Origin: Thermoplasmata archaeon
GTDB taxonomy: Archaea > Thermoplasmatota > Thermoplasmata > Lutacidiplasmatales > UBA184
Assembly (NCBI GenBank): GCA_050011355.1
Contig: JBEKJG010000004.1
Span: 2,508 to 66,507, forward strand
Direction: 5' to 3'
Length of the DNA stretch: 64,000 nt
Positions 9,713-18,323 of the stretch are shown here, one piece after another (the stretch's first letter is position 1; each line of letters opens with the position of its first letter). The position numbers and the translations under genes were made by a program. A model generated the notes under the pieces. That model did not search any database and was not told the origin of the DNA. It saw only the letters and a program-made list of their open reading frames with translations.

Positions 9713-10657
9713 ATGCCCCGCCGTGTCGAGGATGTACGGGTCGACGACGCCCCGTCCCTGGACACGTTTGTCCGGCGGCTGGAGGCGGGGGGCGGGTTCA
9801 GCGCCAAGGGCGTCGCCGACGGGACGGACCTCCTCGCCCGGATCCTCGCCGACCGGGAGATGACGACCTTCCTCTCCTTCCCCGCCGACATCGTCGCGAC
9901 GGGGACCCGCGGGGTCCTCGCCCAGCTGGTCCGCGACGGGTACGTGGACGCGGTCATCACGACGTGCGGCACGCTCGACCACGACCTCGCCCGCTCCTTC
10001 CGCCCCTACTACCACGGCGAATGGAACCTGGACGACGCCGACCTCCACCGCCGCCATCTCTACCGGCTGGGGAACCTCGTGATCCCCGAGGCGAACTACG
10101 GGACGATCATCGAGCGCAAGATGCGCCCCATCCTGGACGGTCTCTGGAAATCGGGGACCCGGGCGCTCTCCACCGTCGACCTGTGCCGGGCGATCGGGGG
10201 TGCGATCCCGGCGAAGGCCGGTGCCTCCAGCATCCTGCGCGCCGCCTACGACCGCGACGTGCCGGTCATCGTCCCGGGGATCACCGACGGCGCGGTCGGT
10301 TCTCAGGCCTGGCTCTACTGGCAGGACCACCGCGGGCTCTCGTTCGACCTGTTCTCCGACGAGCAGCGGCTCTCCGACCTCGTCTTCGAGGCGAAGCGGA
10401 GCGGCGCGATCATGCTCGGCGGCGGGATCTCCAAGCACCACACGATCTGGTGGAACCAGTTCCGGGACGGCCTCGACGCGGCGCTCTACCTCACGACCGC
10501 GGTCGAGTGGGACGGCAGCCTCTCCGGCGCCCGGACCCGGGAAGCGATCTCGTGGGGGAAGCTCAAGTCGAACGCCCGGCACGCGACGGTCGAGGGCGAC
10601 GTGACCGTCCTCTTCCCGCTCATGGTCGGCGCGGCGCTCCAGCGCCTCCCGGAGTGA
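9713..10657 (+). CDS. dys: Deoxyhypusine synthase
   Basis: GGGISKHH, DGSLSGA, EAISWGK (catalytic Lys), TDGAVG. Confidence 0.93.
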   Translation: MPRRVEDVRVDDAPSLDTFVRRLEAGGGFSAKGVADGTDLLARILADREMTTFLSFPADIVATGTRGVLAQLVRDGYVDAVITTCGTLDHDLARSFRPYYHGEWNLDDADLHRRHLYRLGNLVIPEANYGTIIERKMRPILDGLWKSGTRALSTVDLCRAIGGAIPAKAGASSILRAAYDRDVPVIVPGITDGAVGSQAWLYWQDHRGLSFDLFSDEQRLSDLVFEAKRSGAIMLGGGISKHHTIWWNQFRDGLDAALYLTTAVEWDGSLSGARTREAISWGKLKSNARHATVEGDVTVLFPLMVGAALQRLPE

Positions 10658-10714
10658 CCGGCGACCGGTTCCGAGCCTTTATCTCTGGGGGGCCAGTCGC
10701 CCCGAACCGTCCGC

Positions 10715-10787
10715 GGGCCCGTAGCTCAGTCGGTAGAGCAGGCGGCTCTTAACCGCAAGGTCAGGGGTTCGAATCCCCTCGGGCCCG
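10715..10787 (+). tRNA. tRNA-Lys, anticodon CTT (no intron, CCA not encoded)
   Basis: Acceptor GGGCCCG/CGGGCCC, D arm GCTC/GAGC, anticodon loop CT-CTT-AA (stem GGCGG/CCGCA with one G.A), T arm AGGGG-TTCGAAT-CCCCT, discriminator G. TTTAT box at 10678. Confidence 0.97.
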
Positions 10788-10802
10788 TCGACCTCGGCAC
10801 CC

Positions 10803-11483
10803 CTACGACTTGCGCCAGATCCCTTCCCACTGGTCCCAATGCCCGCCCGCCGGGGGTGGTCGAGTGGAGACCACGCGTCGAAGCGGGAGCAGGGGCTGGA
10901 ACGACCCAGCGAACAGCGCGGCCAGTTCCCGCTCACTGAAGAAGTGGACGAGCAGTCCTTGCTTGGGCCCCGAACGGTAGCGAATCGTTTCGGAACCCTC
11001 CGGGTAGGCCTCGATCCGCTCGGTCGCGTACTGGTACTCGGTGCCGACCGCATTGACCCGGAGGCAGAACAGGCCACCCCGCTCCAACCGTTCCTGGGCC
11101 GCCACCAGGTTCACGTGACAGACAGCGCGGTCGCCGTGCTGGAACACCTGGATGCCGATGACCAGGGGGAATCGAGTCCCGGCGGGCAAGCCGTCCACCT
11201 CACCGACGAGGAGTCGGCCCCGGTACTGCGGGGCCCGCCGCGCGAGTTGTTCAATCGCGACCGAGGACACGTCCAGGCCCGTCAAATCGAGTCCGGCGTC
11301 ACTCAGCGGGATGAAGTTCCGTCCATTCCCGCAGCCCACGTAGAGCCCCCGGGCGATCCCCCATTGGCGGCTGAACGTGAGGATGTCGTGAACGAACGGA
11401 ACCGGTGCCTCCCCCGCGTAGCGACCGGCGCGATACTCCCCGTCCCACGATTCGGCCACTTCCGTAGTGTGCGGGCGATCCAC
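10803..11483 (-). CDS. Class I SAM-dependent methyltransferase
   Basis: Motif I YVGCGNGRN, GLDVSSVAI, LERGGLF. GTG start at 11483 is inferred; the ORF extends to 11651. Confidence 0.8.
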   Translation of the reverse strand: MDRPHTTEVAESWDGEYRAGRYAGEAPVPFVHDILTFSRQWGIARGLYVGCGNGRNFIPLSDAGLDLTGLDVSSVAIEQLARRAPQYRGRLLVGEVDGLPAGTRFPLVIGIQVFQHGDRAVCHVNLVAAQERLERGGLFCLRVNAVGTEYQYATERIEAYPEGSETIRYRSGPKQGLLVHFFSERELAALFAGSFQPLLPLRRVVSTRPPPAGGHWDQWEGIWRKS

Positions 11484-11601
11484 GTTCGACGTAACGGAGG
11501 ATGCGGACAAGAAGCCGTGCCCTGCGTCCAGGACAGGACCGCGTGAGCAGGCGGCCGAGAGAGCGGGGAGGGCCGTCGGGCCCGAACCCGTGAACCTTGG
11601 G

Positions 11602-11616
11602 ATCCCCTCGGGCCCG
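11602..11616 (+). repeat. Direct-repeat copy of tRNA-Lys 3' end (att-like, copy 2)
   Basis: ATCCCCTCGGGCCCG is 15/15 identical to 10773-10787. Confidence 0.8.
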
Positions 11617-11646
11617 CCTCGCGCGTCGTGCGCGTCGGGACAAAAG

Positions 11647-11678
11647 GTCAATATACATGACAGTCAATATACTTGACT
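11647..11678. promoter_or_regulatory. Tandem palindromic operators, probably bound by the adjacent MarR
   Basis: GTCAATATACATGAC (11647-11661) and GTCAATATACTTGAC (11663-11677) lie immediately before the ATG at 11680 and overlap AT-rich TATA-like sequence. Confidence 0.8.
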
Positions 11679-11679
11679 A

Positions 11680-12165
11680 ATGACGAGGCGGTCCCTGACC
11701 CAAGATGCTTACCGGAACGTGCCCCTCTCGGCCCTGCTCTACGTGACCCGTGGGACGTACACTGCCGCCGTTCGCCACGCCCAGGCGAAGGTTGGGTGCG
11801 GGGATGTCCCGGCGGCCGGAGAACTCATCCTCAACGCGATGGAGTGGAGCGGGGCTTCGTTCGAATCGGTGGTTCGGTTTCTGGGTATCTCCAAGCAGGC
11901 CGTCAGCCAGACAGTGGAAATGCTCGTGGCCCGTGGGTACCTGGACCGGGCCCAGGACCCCGTGGACCGGCGCCGGGTGAAACTCAGCTTGACCCAGCGT
12001 GGGCACACCGCCGGGAGGGCGGGGCGCGCGGGCATTGTGCAGGTCGACCACGAGCTGACCTCGCGCGTGGGGGCGCAGCGGGTGGCCCACGCCCGCGAGA
12101 CGCTGGTCGCTCTCCTTGAGATCAAACGTACGAACGAGCGCCGAGGACGCCCGGAGGGATCATGA
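11680..12165 (+). CDS. MarR-family transcriptional regulator
   Basis: LGISKQAVSQTVEMLVARGYL, DPVDRRRVKLSLT. Confidence 0.9.
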   Translation: MTRRSLTQDAYRNVPLSALLYVTRGTYTAAVRHAQAKVGCGDVPAAGELILNAMEWSGASFESVVRFLGISKQAVSQTVEMLVARGYLDRAQDPVDRRRVKLSLTQRGHTAGRAGRAGIVQVDHELTSRVGAQRVAHARETLVALLEIKRTNERRGRPEGS

Positions 12166-13247
12166 CCGAGCGACCGCTCGCCCGATTGGCGGACCGGGAG
12201 GACGATTACGTCCGACTCGGCCTTCCGCGCGGCTGCGTGGCGCCGTGGGAGGACGGGATGCGCACCTCCGGCGAGGCCGGTAGCTACGAGTGGTGGTACT
12301 TCGACTCGCACCTGGAGGACGGGACGTCACTCGTCGTCACGTTCTACACGAAGTGGATCCTGCAACCGAAGGGCCCGGAGGCGCCAATGGTCCAGGTAGA
12401 CCTGGACCGGCCCGGGAAGCCGTCCCAGCAGGTGATCATCCACGCCCCTCCGGAGCAGTTCCAAGCCAGCAAGGACCGATGTGACGTCCGGGTGAAGGAC
12501 TGCTACTTCCGAGGAGACCTGCACACCTACCAGATCAAGGTCGTGAACGAGAGCCTCACGGTCGAGGCGGAGCTGGTCGGGCAAGTGCCTTCCTGGCGAC
12601 CGGCGACCGGCTTCACGTACTTCGGACCTCACGACGAGCACACGTTCGCCTGGATGCCCGCGGTCCCGCAGGGGAAAGTGACCGTGACCCTCACGGAGAA
12701 AGGCTCCGCGCCCGTGACGCTCACCGGAGTGGGCTACCACGACCACAATTGGGGGGATGTCGTCCTGTCGAAGCTCCTCAATCATTGGTACTGGGGACGA
12801 GCCCAAGCAGGACCGTACTCGGTGATCGCCGCCTACCTCTACGCCGAGAAGGAGTACGGCCGCACCGAACTGCCCCAGATCTTGATTGCCAAGGACGGCC
12901 GGATCGTCGCCGACCAAGCGTCCAAGGTGCGACTCGTTCTCGAGGACGTGTTCACCGACCCGAAGAGCCAGAAACCCGTCGCCAACCGGGTGGTCTACGA
13001 CTACACGCAGGACGATCGGGTCCGATACCGCGTGATTTTCCAGCGCAGTGAGACCATTCTCGACTACAAGCTCGCGGACACGGTCACGGGGTTCAAGCAT
13101 GTTCTCGCCCGAATGGCGCGCGTGGACGGAGCGTACCTCCGGTTCAGCGGCACCGTGACGGTCGAGAAGTACGAAGGTGGAACGATGGTGGAAAAGGCGA
13201 GCGACCCGGGAATCTGGGAGTTGATGTATCTCGGCCATGTCGAGTAA
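12162..13247 (+). CDS. CrtC/AttH-like (hydroxyneurosporene synthase-like) hydratase-family protein
   Basis: EWWYFD, GVGYHDHNWG and WYWGR motifs. ATGA overlap with MarR. Confidence 0.75.
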   Translation: MTERPLARLADREDDYVRLGLPRGCVAPWEDGMRTSGEAGSYEWWYFDSHLEDGTSLVVTFYTKWILQPKGPEAPMVQVDLDRPGKPSQQVIIHAPPEQFQASKDRCDVRVKDCYFRGDLHTYQIKVVNESLTVEAELVGQVPSWRPATGFTYFGPHDEHTFAWMPAVPQGKVTVTLTEKGSAPVTLTGVGYHDHNWGDVVLSKLLNHWYWGRAQAGPYSVIAAYLYAEKEYGRTELPQILIAKDGRIVADQASKVRLVLEDVFTDPKSQKPVANRVVYDYTQDDRVRYRVIFQRSETILDYKLADTVTGFKHVLARMARVDGAYLRFSGTVTVEKYEGGTMVEKASDPGIWELMYLGHVE

Positions 13248-14844
13248 AAGCAATCCGAAGTCGACCGCTCGGCGACCGCGCCATGCGGGGGGTTCGCAGA
13301 ACAGCGGAGCGGCGCCGACGAAGCCCGCCCAGCGCTCGGGTCCCGCTCCCTCGGAGGGCGACCTTCCCGCGCAGCTCGAGCGCCTCCTCGCGGGGACCGG
13401 AGTGGGTCCCTCCGACACCGGAGGAGCGATCTCCTTCACCGGCCAGGACCCCCTCTTCCCGAGTGCGATCCGTCTCGGCTCGGTGTTCGCGCTCTCGGCG
13501 ATGGCCGCCGCGGTGGGCGCCGCGACCATCTGGAAGATGCGCACGGGGAAGAGCCAAGACCTCTCGATCGACCTGCGCACGGCATCGCACGGGATTGACC
13601 CCGAACTCACCTTTGGCCCGACCATCAACGGTTGGCCGTATCCGAACCCGATCGGCAACGCCCACCCGTTCTCCGTGTTCCCGTTCGCGACGAAGGATGG
13701 TCGGTGGGTCTACCCCTCGGCGGTGTATCCGGCCCAGCAGTTCGCCTGGACGAACTTCTTCAACTGCGGGGCCAACCACCACAGCGTCGCCGCGGCCATC
13801 AGCAAGTGGGATTCCCTCGAACTCGAGGACGCGGCGAACGAAGCCGGCCATACGCTATGCATTGCCCGGACGGCCGACGAGTGGGCCCGGCACCCTCAGG
13901 GCCAGTATCTCGCCCAGGAGCCGGTGATCGCGGTGCGGAAGATCGCCGAGGGCGACCCGCAACCGCTCGGCCCGGCCAAGCGCCCCCTCGACGGCATTCG
14001 GGTCCTATCGGCCACGCACGCCGTGGCCGGGCCCGTGGTCGGGCGGACGCTGGCGGAACAGGGAGCTCAGGTCCTCCAGTTCAACCGCTCGGACGAGTTC
14101 GAGCACCCGTGGGTCTACGACGACGCGAACGTCGGATTCCGGTCCACGTTCCTGGATCTTCGGCGGCCCGACAGCCGCGCGAAGGCACTTGCTCTAGCAA
14201 GGCAGGCCGACGTCTTCGTGGACAACTTCCGGGGACGTAAGCTCGCGGACTATGGACTCTCCCCGGAACAGCTCGCCGATGGTCACCGGGGGATCGTGGT
14301 CGTGAGCGTCCGGTGCTACGGATGGGGCGGCCCCTGGTCGGAGCGGGGCGGCTTCGACATGCTCGGGTCGGCCGCCTCGGGGGTCGCCATGGCGGAGGGA
14401 GAGAACGGAAAGCCCTCGATGCCGCCGACCGCGCTGATCAATGACTACGTGACGGGGTACATAGGGGCGGCCGGGGCAACGGCCGCGCTCGTCCGCCGGG
14501 CGAAGGAAGGCGGTAGCTACCACGTCACGGTAAGCCTCGCTCGCAACGCGATGTGGTACCTGTCGCTCGGCCTGGTCCCCCCCCAGGAACGCACCTTCGC
14601 GGAGAATCCGTTCCGCCGCTTCGACTCGCTATCCGCCAAGCCGGCCGAGTTGATGCCCATCGTACTGAAGTTGCGACAACGCCTCCTTCCGCCCGAGCTC
14701 ATCGAATGCGACACTCCACTCGGCCGGGTCCGGCGATTGGCACCCGCGGTCCACTTCTCGCGAACGCCCGGTGCGTGGAACAATCCGATCCTCAGCCCGA
14801 TGGGTTCCGCCGCGCCGACCTGGCTGGACGCCGGTGCTCCTTAG
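13237..14844 (+). CDS. Family III CoA-transferase (CaiB/BaiF-like, long form)
   Basis: RPLDGIRVL, AGPVVGRTLAEQGA, ADVFVDNFR, GFD, and NDYVTG carrying the putative catalytic Asp. Confidence 0.88.
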   Translation: MSSKSNPKSTARRPRHAGGSQNSGAAPTKPAQRSGPAPSEGDLPAQLERLLAGTGVGPSDTGGAISFTGQDPLFPSAIRLGSVFALSAMAAAVGAATIWKMRTGKSQDLSIDLRTASHGIDPELTFGPTINGWPYPNPIGNAHPFSVFPFATKDGRWVYPSAVYPAQQFAWTNFFNCGANHHSVAAAISKWDSLELEDAANEAGHTLCIARTADEWARHPQGQYLAQEPVIAVRKIAEGDPQPLGPAKRPLDGIRVLSATHAVAGPVVGRTLAEQGAQVLQFNRSDEFEHPWVYDDANVGFRSTFLDLRRPDSRAKALALARQADVFVDNFRGRKLADYGLSPEQLADGHRGIVVVSVRCYGWGGPWSERGGFDMLGSAASGVAMAEGENGKPSMPPTALINDYVTGYIGAAGATAALVRRAKEGGSYHVTVSLARNAMWYLSLGLVPPQERTFAENPFRRFDSLSAKPAELMPIVLKLRQRLLPPELIECDTPLGRVRRLAPAVHFSRTPGAWNNPILSPMGSAAPTWLDAGAP

Positions 14845-14885
14845 CGGTGCAAATCCGGCCGCGAGGTACTCGAATGGCCAGTCAG

Positions 14886-14910
14886 TCGAATCCCCTCGGG
14901 CCGGTCGACC
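14886..14910 (+). repeat. Direct-repeat copy of tRNA-Lys 3' end plus flank (att-like, copy 3)
   Basis: TCGAATCCCCTCGGGCCGGTCGACC is 24/25 identical to 10769-10793. Confidence 0.9.
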
Positions 14911-14964
14911 CCGACTCCCGGATCGTCCACGTCCTCGGGCCGTCTCGGGGCACGTTCGGCCGAT

Positions 14965-17952
14965 TTACTTGTACGTTTCCTCGTCCCATTCCTCGGGCGC
15001 GGGCGCCGTCGGCGGAGGCGGTGCCGGCGCCCGGCGTCGGCGGAGGACGAGAACGACGGCTACAATGGCCACAAGGACCACCACGGCCACGATGAGGAGG
15101 TCGAACGTCGAACCCGACAGGCCCAGCACGGAGGTCGACGCGCTCGCCGTGACGTTCGCATACGCCTGGGCGGTCGCGGAGACGCCGAACGAGTCGTGCA
15201 CGGTGACGGTCACGAGGTAGTTCCCGGTGGCCGTGGGCGTGCACGCCAGCACGGAGGTGTTCTGGCTGCCGCAGCCGGTGGGCAGACCGGTATAGGAATA
15301 GGAGAATCCCCCGCTCCCGTCGGTCGCGCTCGCTTGGAGGTCCAGCGAATTCCCAAGCGTCGTCGGCCCGCCGTTCGCGACCAACAGGGTGACCGACGGG
15401 TCGCGGTGGACGGTGAGCAGGCTGGACCCGGCCATCGTCTGGCCGAGCGCGTCCGTCACGGTCACGGTCACCCGGAAGGTCCCCGCGACGGCGGGCGTAC
15501 AGGACACCGACGTCGACGACGCGACGCCCGCGCATCCCCGGGGAAGAACGTTGAACACGATCGTGTATGGCGACGTCCCACCTTCGGGGACTACGTCGAT
15601 CGTCACGTTCTGGCCCAGGTCGATCGCCCCCGGGGTCGCCGTGACATTCGGTAGCGACATCGTGGGGTTCACCGTGAGCGAGAAGTTCTCGAAGATCGTG
15701 AAACCGGCCCCGTCGGTCGCCCGGGCCTTTATCGTGAAATTCCCCGTCACGGACGGAGTGCAGGCGTTCGCCGCGCTGTTGCCGAGCCGGCACCCTGCGG
15801 GGGCACCGGAGTAGACGAAGTTGACCGGGCCGGTCCCCCCGGTGACGTTCGCCCAGATCTCAACGGCGGTCCCGAGGTCGACGGCGCTCGGTGCGGCGGC
15901 CCCGGAGGTGAACGCCGGGTCCACCGCGACCTCGACCCGGACCGAGGCGTTCGCCGTCTTTCCGTCCGCGTCGGTGGCGGACAGGGTGACCTCCCCCGAC
16001 ATCGGACCGGTCGGGCTACACGTCAACATCGCCGAATCGTTCGAGGCGCACCCGGTGGGCAGCCCGGTCCACCGGTAGGTGATCGGTGGCGTCCCGCCCG
16101 TCAGAAGCCCAACGAGGCTGAGGTTCTGGTGGGCATCGAGCGAAGCCGGGAACGCGGTCAGTTGGCTGATCCCCGGTGGTTCGTTAACGCTCAGCGTCAA
16201 GGTCGCGCTGACCACGTAGTGCGCGGCGTCGGTGACATTGACCTGGACCGTGAAGTTCCCGGAGGACGCCGGTGTGCAGTCGAGCGCCGACCGGTCCGCC
16301 GAAAAACATCCGGCCGGGAGGCCGGAATACCGGTAGGCGAAGGACGGGGTCCCGCCACTCGCGTTCGTGGTGAGTACGACCGTCGCGCCGACCGTGACCA
16401 TTGCGGCCGAGGAGGTGAACGAGGCGATCGTCGGGTCGGGATTCACGACCACGGTGGCGTTCTCGGTGCCCGGAACCCCACCGGAGTCATTGCGGACGAC
16501 CACGACGGGGAACACGCCGCTCGCGTTCGGCGTGCAGCTCAGCGCCGATACGTTGGCCGAGATGCAGCCGGGTGGGAGCGTCGTGTAGTTGTACACGACG
16601 TAGCCGGGGTGACTGATCGGCTGCGCGTTGATCGTGACGGTCTGGCCCAGGTCGATCGCGCCCGGGGTGACCGAGACCGCGCCGAGTATGGACGGACCGA
16701 GCGCCCAGGTCTCGTTGCTGAAGGTCGCGTTGGAGTACTCCCCGCCGTAGGCGACCGCGTAGCCGTCCAAGGGGTCGAACGCCATCTCCAGGTACGCGAG
16801 TTTCGGCGGCGAAGCGGTCAGCGAGCTCGTCAGGCTGGTCCAGTTGCCCCCGGTGAAGTTCCACGTATCGCCGAGGGCGCCGGTCGCGGAGGTTGGATCG
16901 GTCGAGCCGCCGTAGAGGAGGAGCGTCTTCGCGAGGGGGGAGTACGTGAGGCCGTAGTAGACCCGGGCGGACGGGTGGACCGAGGGCGAGAGCGCCGACC
17001 AGGTCAGGTTGTGATACTCCCACGTGCTGAAGTCGGGCGCGGCGCATGCGAACGACGTGCAACCCCCGAACACGACGGTGTAGTTGTCCGCCGGGTCGTA
17101 CGCCATGCTCGCCCGGAACCGGGGGGGAGGGCTCCCCGTGACGTTGAGGAGCGTCCAATCTCCGTGGAGGAACTCCCAGGTGTCCGAGTACGTCGCGGCC
17201 AGGGTCGTCCCGCCGTACATGAGGACGTAGCCGTCGCCCGCGTCGTACGTCATCAGCGGCCTCCAGCGGGCCCCGGGGGTCTGGTTCGTCGAGCCGGTGA
17301 GGTTTGTCCAGGTGCCGTGCACGTAGGTCCACGTCTCGTTGTTGATGAGCCCCGAGGGGAGCGAGTACCCGCCAAACATGACGGCGTACCCATCGGCCGC
17401 GTCCCAGGCGATGCCCGCGAGATACCGGGCACTGGGGGCATTGGAGGGGGTCAGCTCGGTCCACTGTCCGTGCGCGAACGCCCAGGTGTCCGAGAAGGCT
17501 CCCGACGCGTCCGCACCGCCGAACAGGAGGACGTATCCGTCCACGGGGTCGAACACCATCATCGGCAGATAGCGGGCGGACGGGGCGTTGGCCTCGACAT
17601 TGGTGAGGTCCGTCCACGTCCTCGGATTCACGCCGGACGCCGCGGGGTGAGCGGAGGGCGCGACGGTGGAGGGTGGGCAAGTTTGCCCGAGCAGCTTCGA
17701 CGCTTGGCAGGTGAGATTGGCGGTGGACTGCAGTACCGGGGAGGCGGTCCGGTCGGTGGGTGCGGCGGCCCCAGTCCCGCCCCTCATAACGGAGGGCACA
17801 GGGGATGGGGTCGAGATCACGCCCACGAGGACGACCAGAATCGCGACCCACATCGGCAGAGAGGCGCTCCGGCTCCGTCTGCCCCTCGGAGCCGACCGGT
17901 GGGGTCGAAGGCGGACGGCGGTCACTCCCGGGGGGAACGGTCCGTCGGTCAT
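14965..17952 (-). CDS. Membrane-anchored surface protein: Kelch-like beta-propeller plus six Cys-containing PKD/Ig-like repeats
   Basis: N-terminal hydrophobic signal, repeats PSAR...M.YD..DGYV.LFGG...DTW, six (L/A)P.GC..(8-10)..C(T/S)P repeats, and a C-terminal TM followed by RRRR. Start uncertain. Confidence 0.85.
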   Translation of the reverse strand: MTDGPFPPGVTAVRLRPHRSAPRGRRSRSASLPMWVAILVVLVGVISTPSPVPSVMRGGTGAAAPTDRTASPVLQSTANLTCQASKLLGQTCPPSTVAPSAHPAASGVNPRTWTDLTNVEANAPSARYLPMMVFDPVDGYVLLFGGADASGAFSDTWAFAHGQWTELTPSNAPSARYLAGIAWDAADGYAVMFGGYSLPSGLINNETWTYVHGTWTNLTGSTNQTPGARWRPLMTYDAGDGYVLMYGGTTLAATYSDTWEFLHGDWTLLNVTGSPPPRFRASMAYDPADNYTVVFGGCTSFACAAPDFSTWEYHNLTWSALSPSVHPSARVYYGLTYSPLAKTLLLYGGSTDPTSATGALGDTWNFTGGNWTSLTSSLTASPPKLAYLEMAFDPLDGYAVAYGGEYSNATFSNETWALGPSILGAVSVTPGAIDLGQTVTINAQPISHPGYVVYNYTTLPPGCISANVSALSCTPNASGVFPVVVVRNDSGGVPGTENATVVVNPDPTIASFTSSAAMVTVGATVVLTTNASGGTPSFAYRYSGLPAGCFSADRSALDCTPASSGNFTVQVNVTDAAHYVVSATLTLSVNEPPGISQLTAFPASLDAHQNLSLVGLLTGGTPPITYRWTGLPTGCASNDSAMLTCSPTGPMSGEVTLSATDADGKTANASVRVEVAVDPAFTSGAAAPSAVDLGTAVEIWANVTGGTGPVNFVYSGAPAGCRLGNSAANACTPSVTGNFTIKARATDGAGFTIFENFSLTVNPTMSLPNVTATPGAIDLGQNVTIDVVPEGGTSPYTIVFNVLPRGCAGVASSTSVSCTPAVAGTFRVTVTVTDALGQTMAGSSLLTVHRDPSVTLLVANGGPTTLGNSLDLQASATDGSGGFSYSYTGLPTGCGSQNTSVLACTPTATGNYLVTVTVHDSFGVSATAQAYANVTASASTSVLGLSGSTFDLLIVAVVVLVAIVAVVLVLRRRRAPAPPPPTAPAPEEWDEETYK

Positions 17953-18323
17953 CTATGTTTGCACGGGTGTAAACCGGTTCGTTGGGTTGGGCTCCCCGAG
18001 GAGGGAGGCCCTGACGGGGATTCCCTGCTACGGGAGTCAATGAGAGCCGCCCCGGCCCGGTTGAAAGGGCCGGTCGTGGATCCTGGCGGAGATGTTCGCC
18101 CTTCTGCGGCCATGAGAAGGGCCTCTGGGATTCGTCGGTGAATGGGGACGCGGTTCCGACGGAGAGCCGTGGTCGGACGGACATGCCGGGTTCCGGGTCG
18201 AATGCCGACCGTGTGGGCGTTGTGCCCGACCGGTACCGACCGCGGTGAGGGCCCGGGCCCTGCGAGGGTCGACCCCGCAGGTTCATCTTTCGGGAGGGAG
18301 TGCGGGACCCACAGGCGAACCGA

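Larger units (their letters stand above)
10788..14910. mobile_element. Tandem genomic islets integrated at tRNA-Lys (no integrase)
   Basis: Bounded by tRNA 3'-end repeats. The cargo looks more A/T-rich at third codon positions than the flanking genes. Confidence 0.65.

Noticed and set aside
14845..14910. T-arm-like CGGTGCAAATCCG, and an ATG frame (MASQSNPLGP) through the att copy as a split SSV-type integrase remnant
   Set aside because: Only a 3-bp stem. The frame runs antisense into the surface-protein gene and shows no tyrosine-recombinase motifs.
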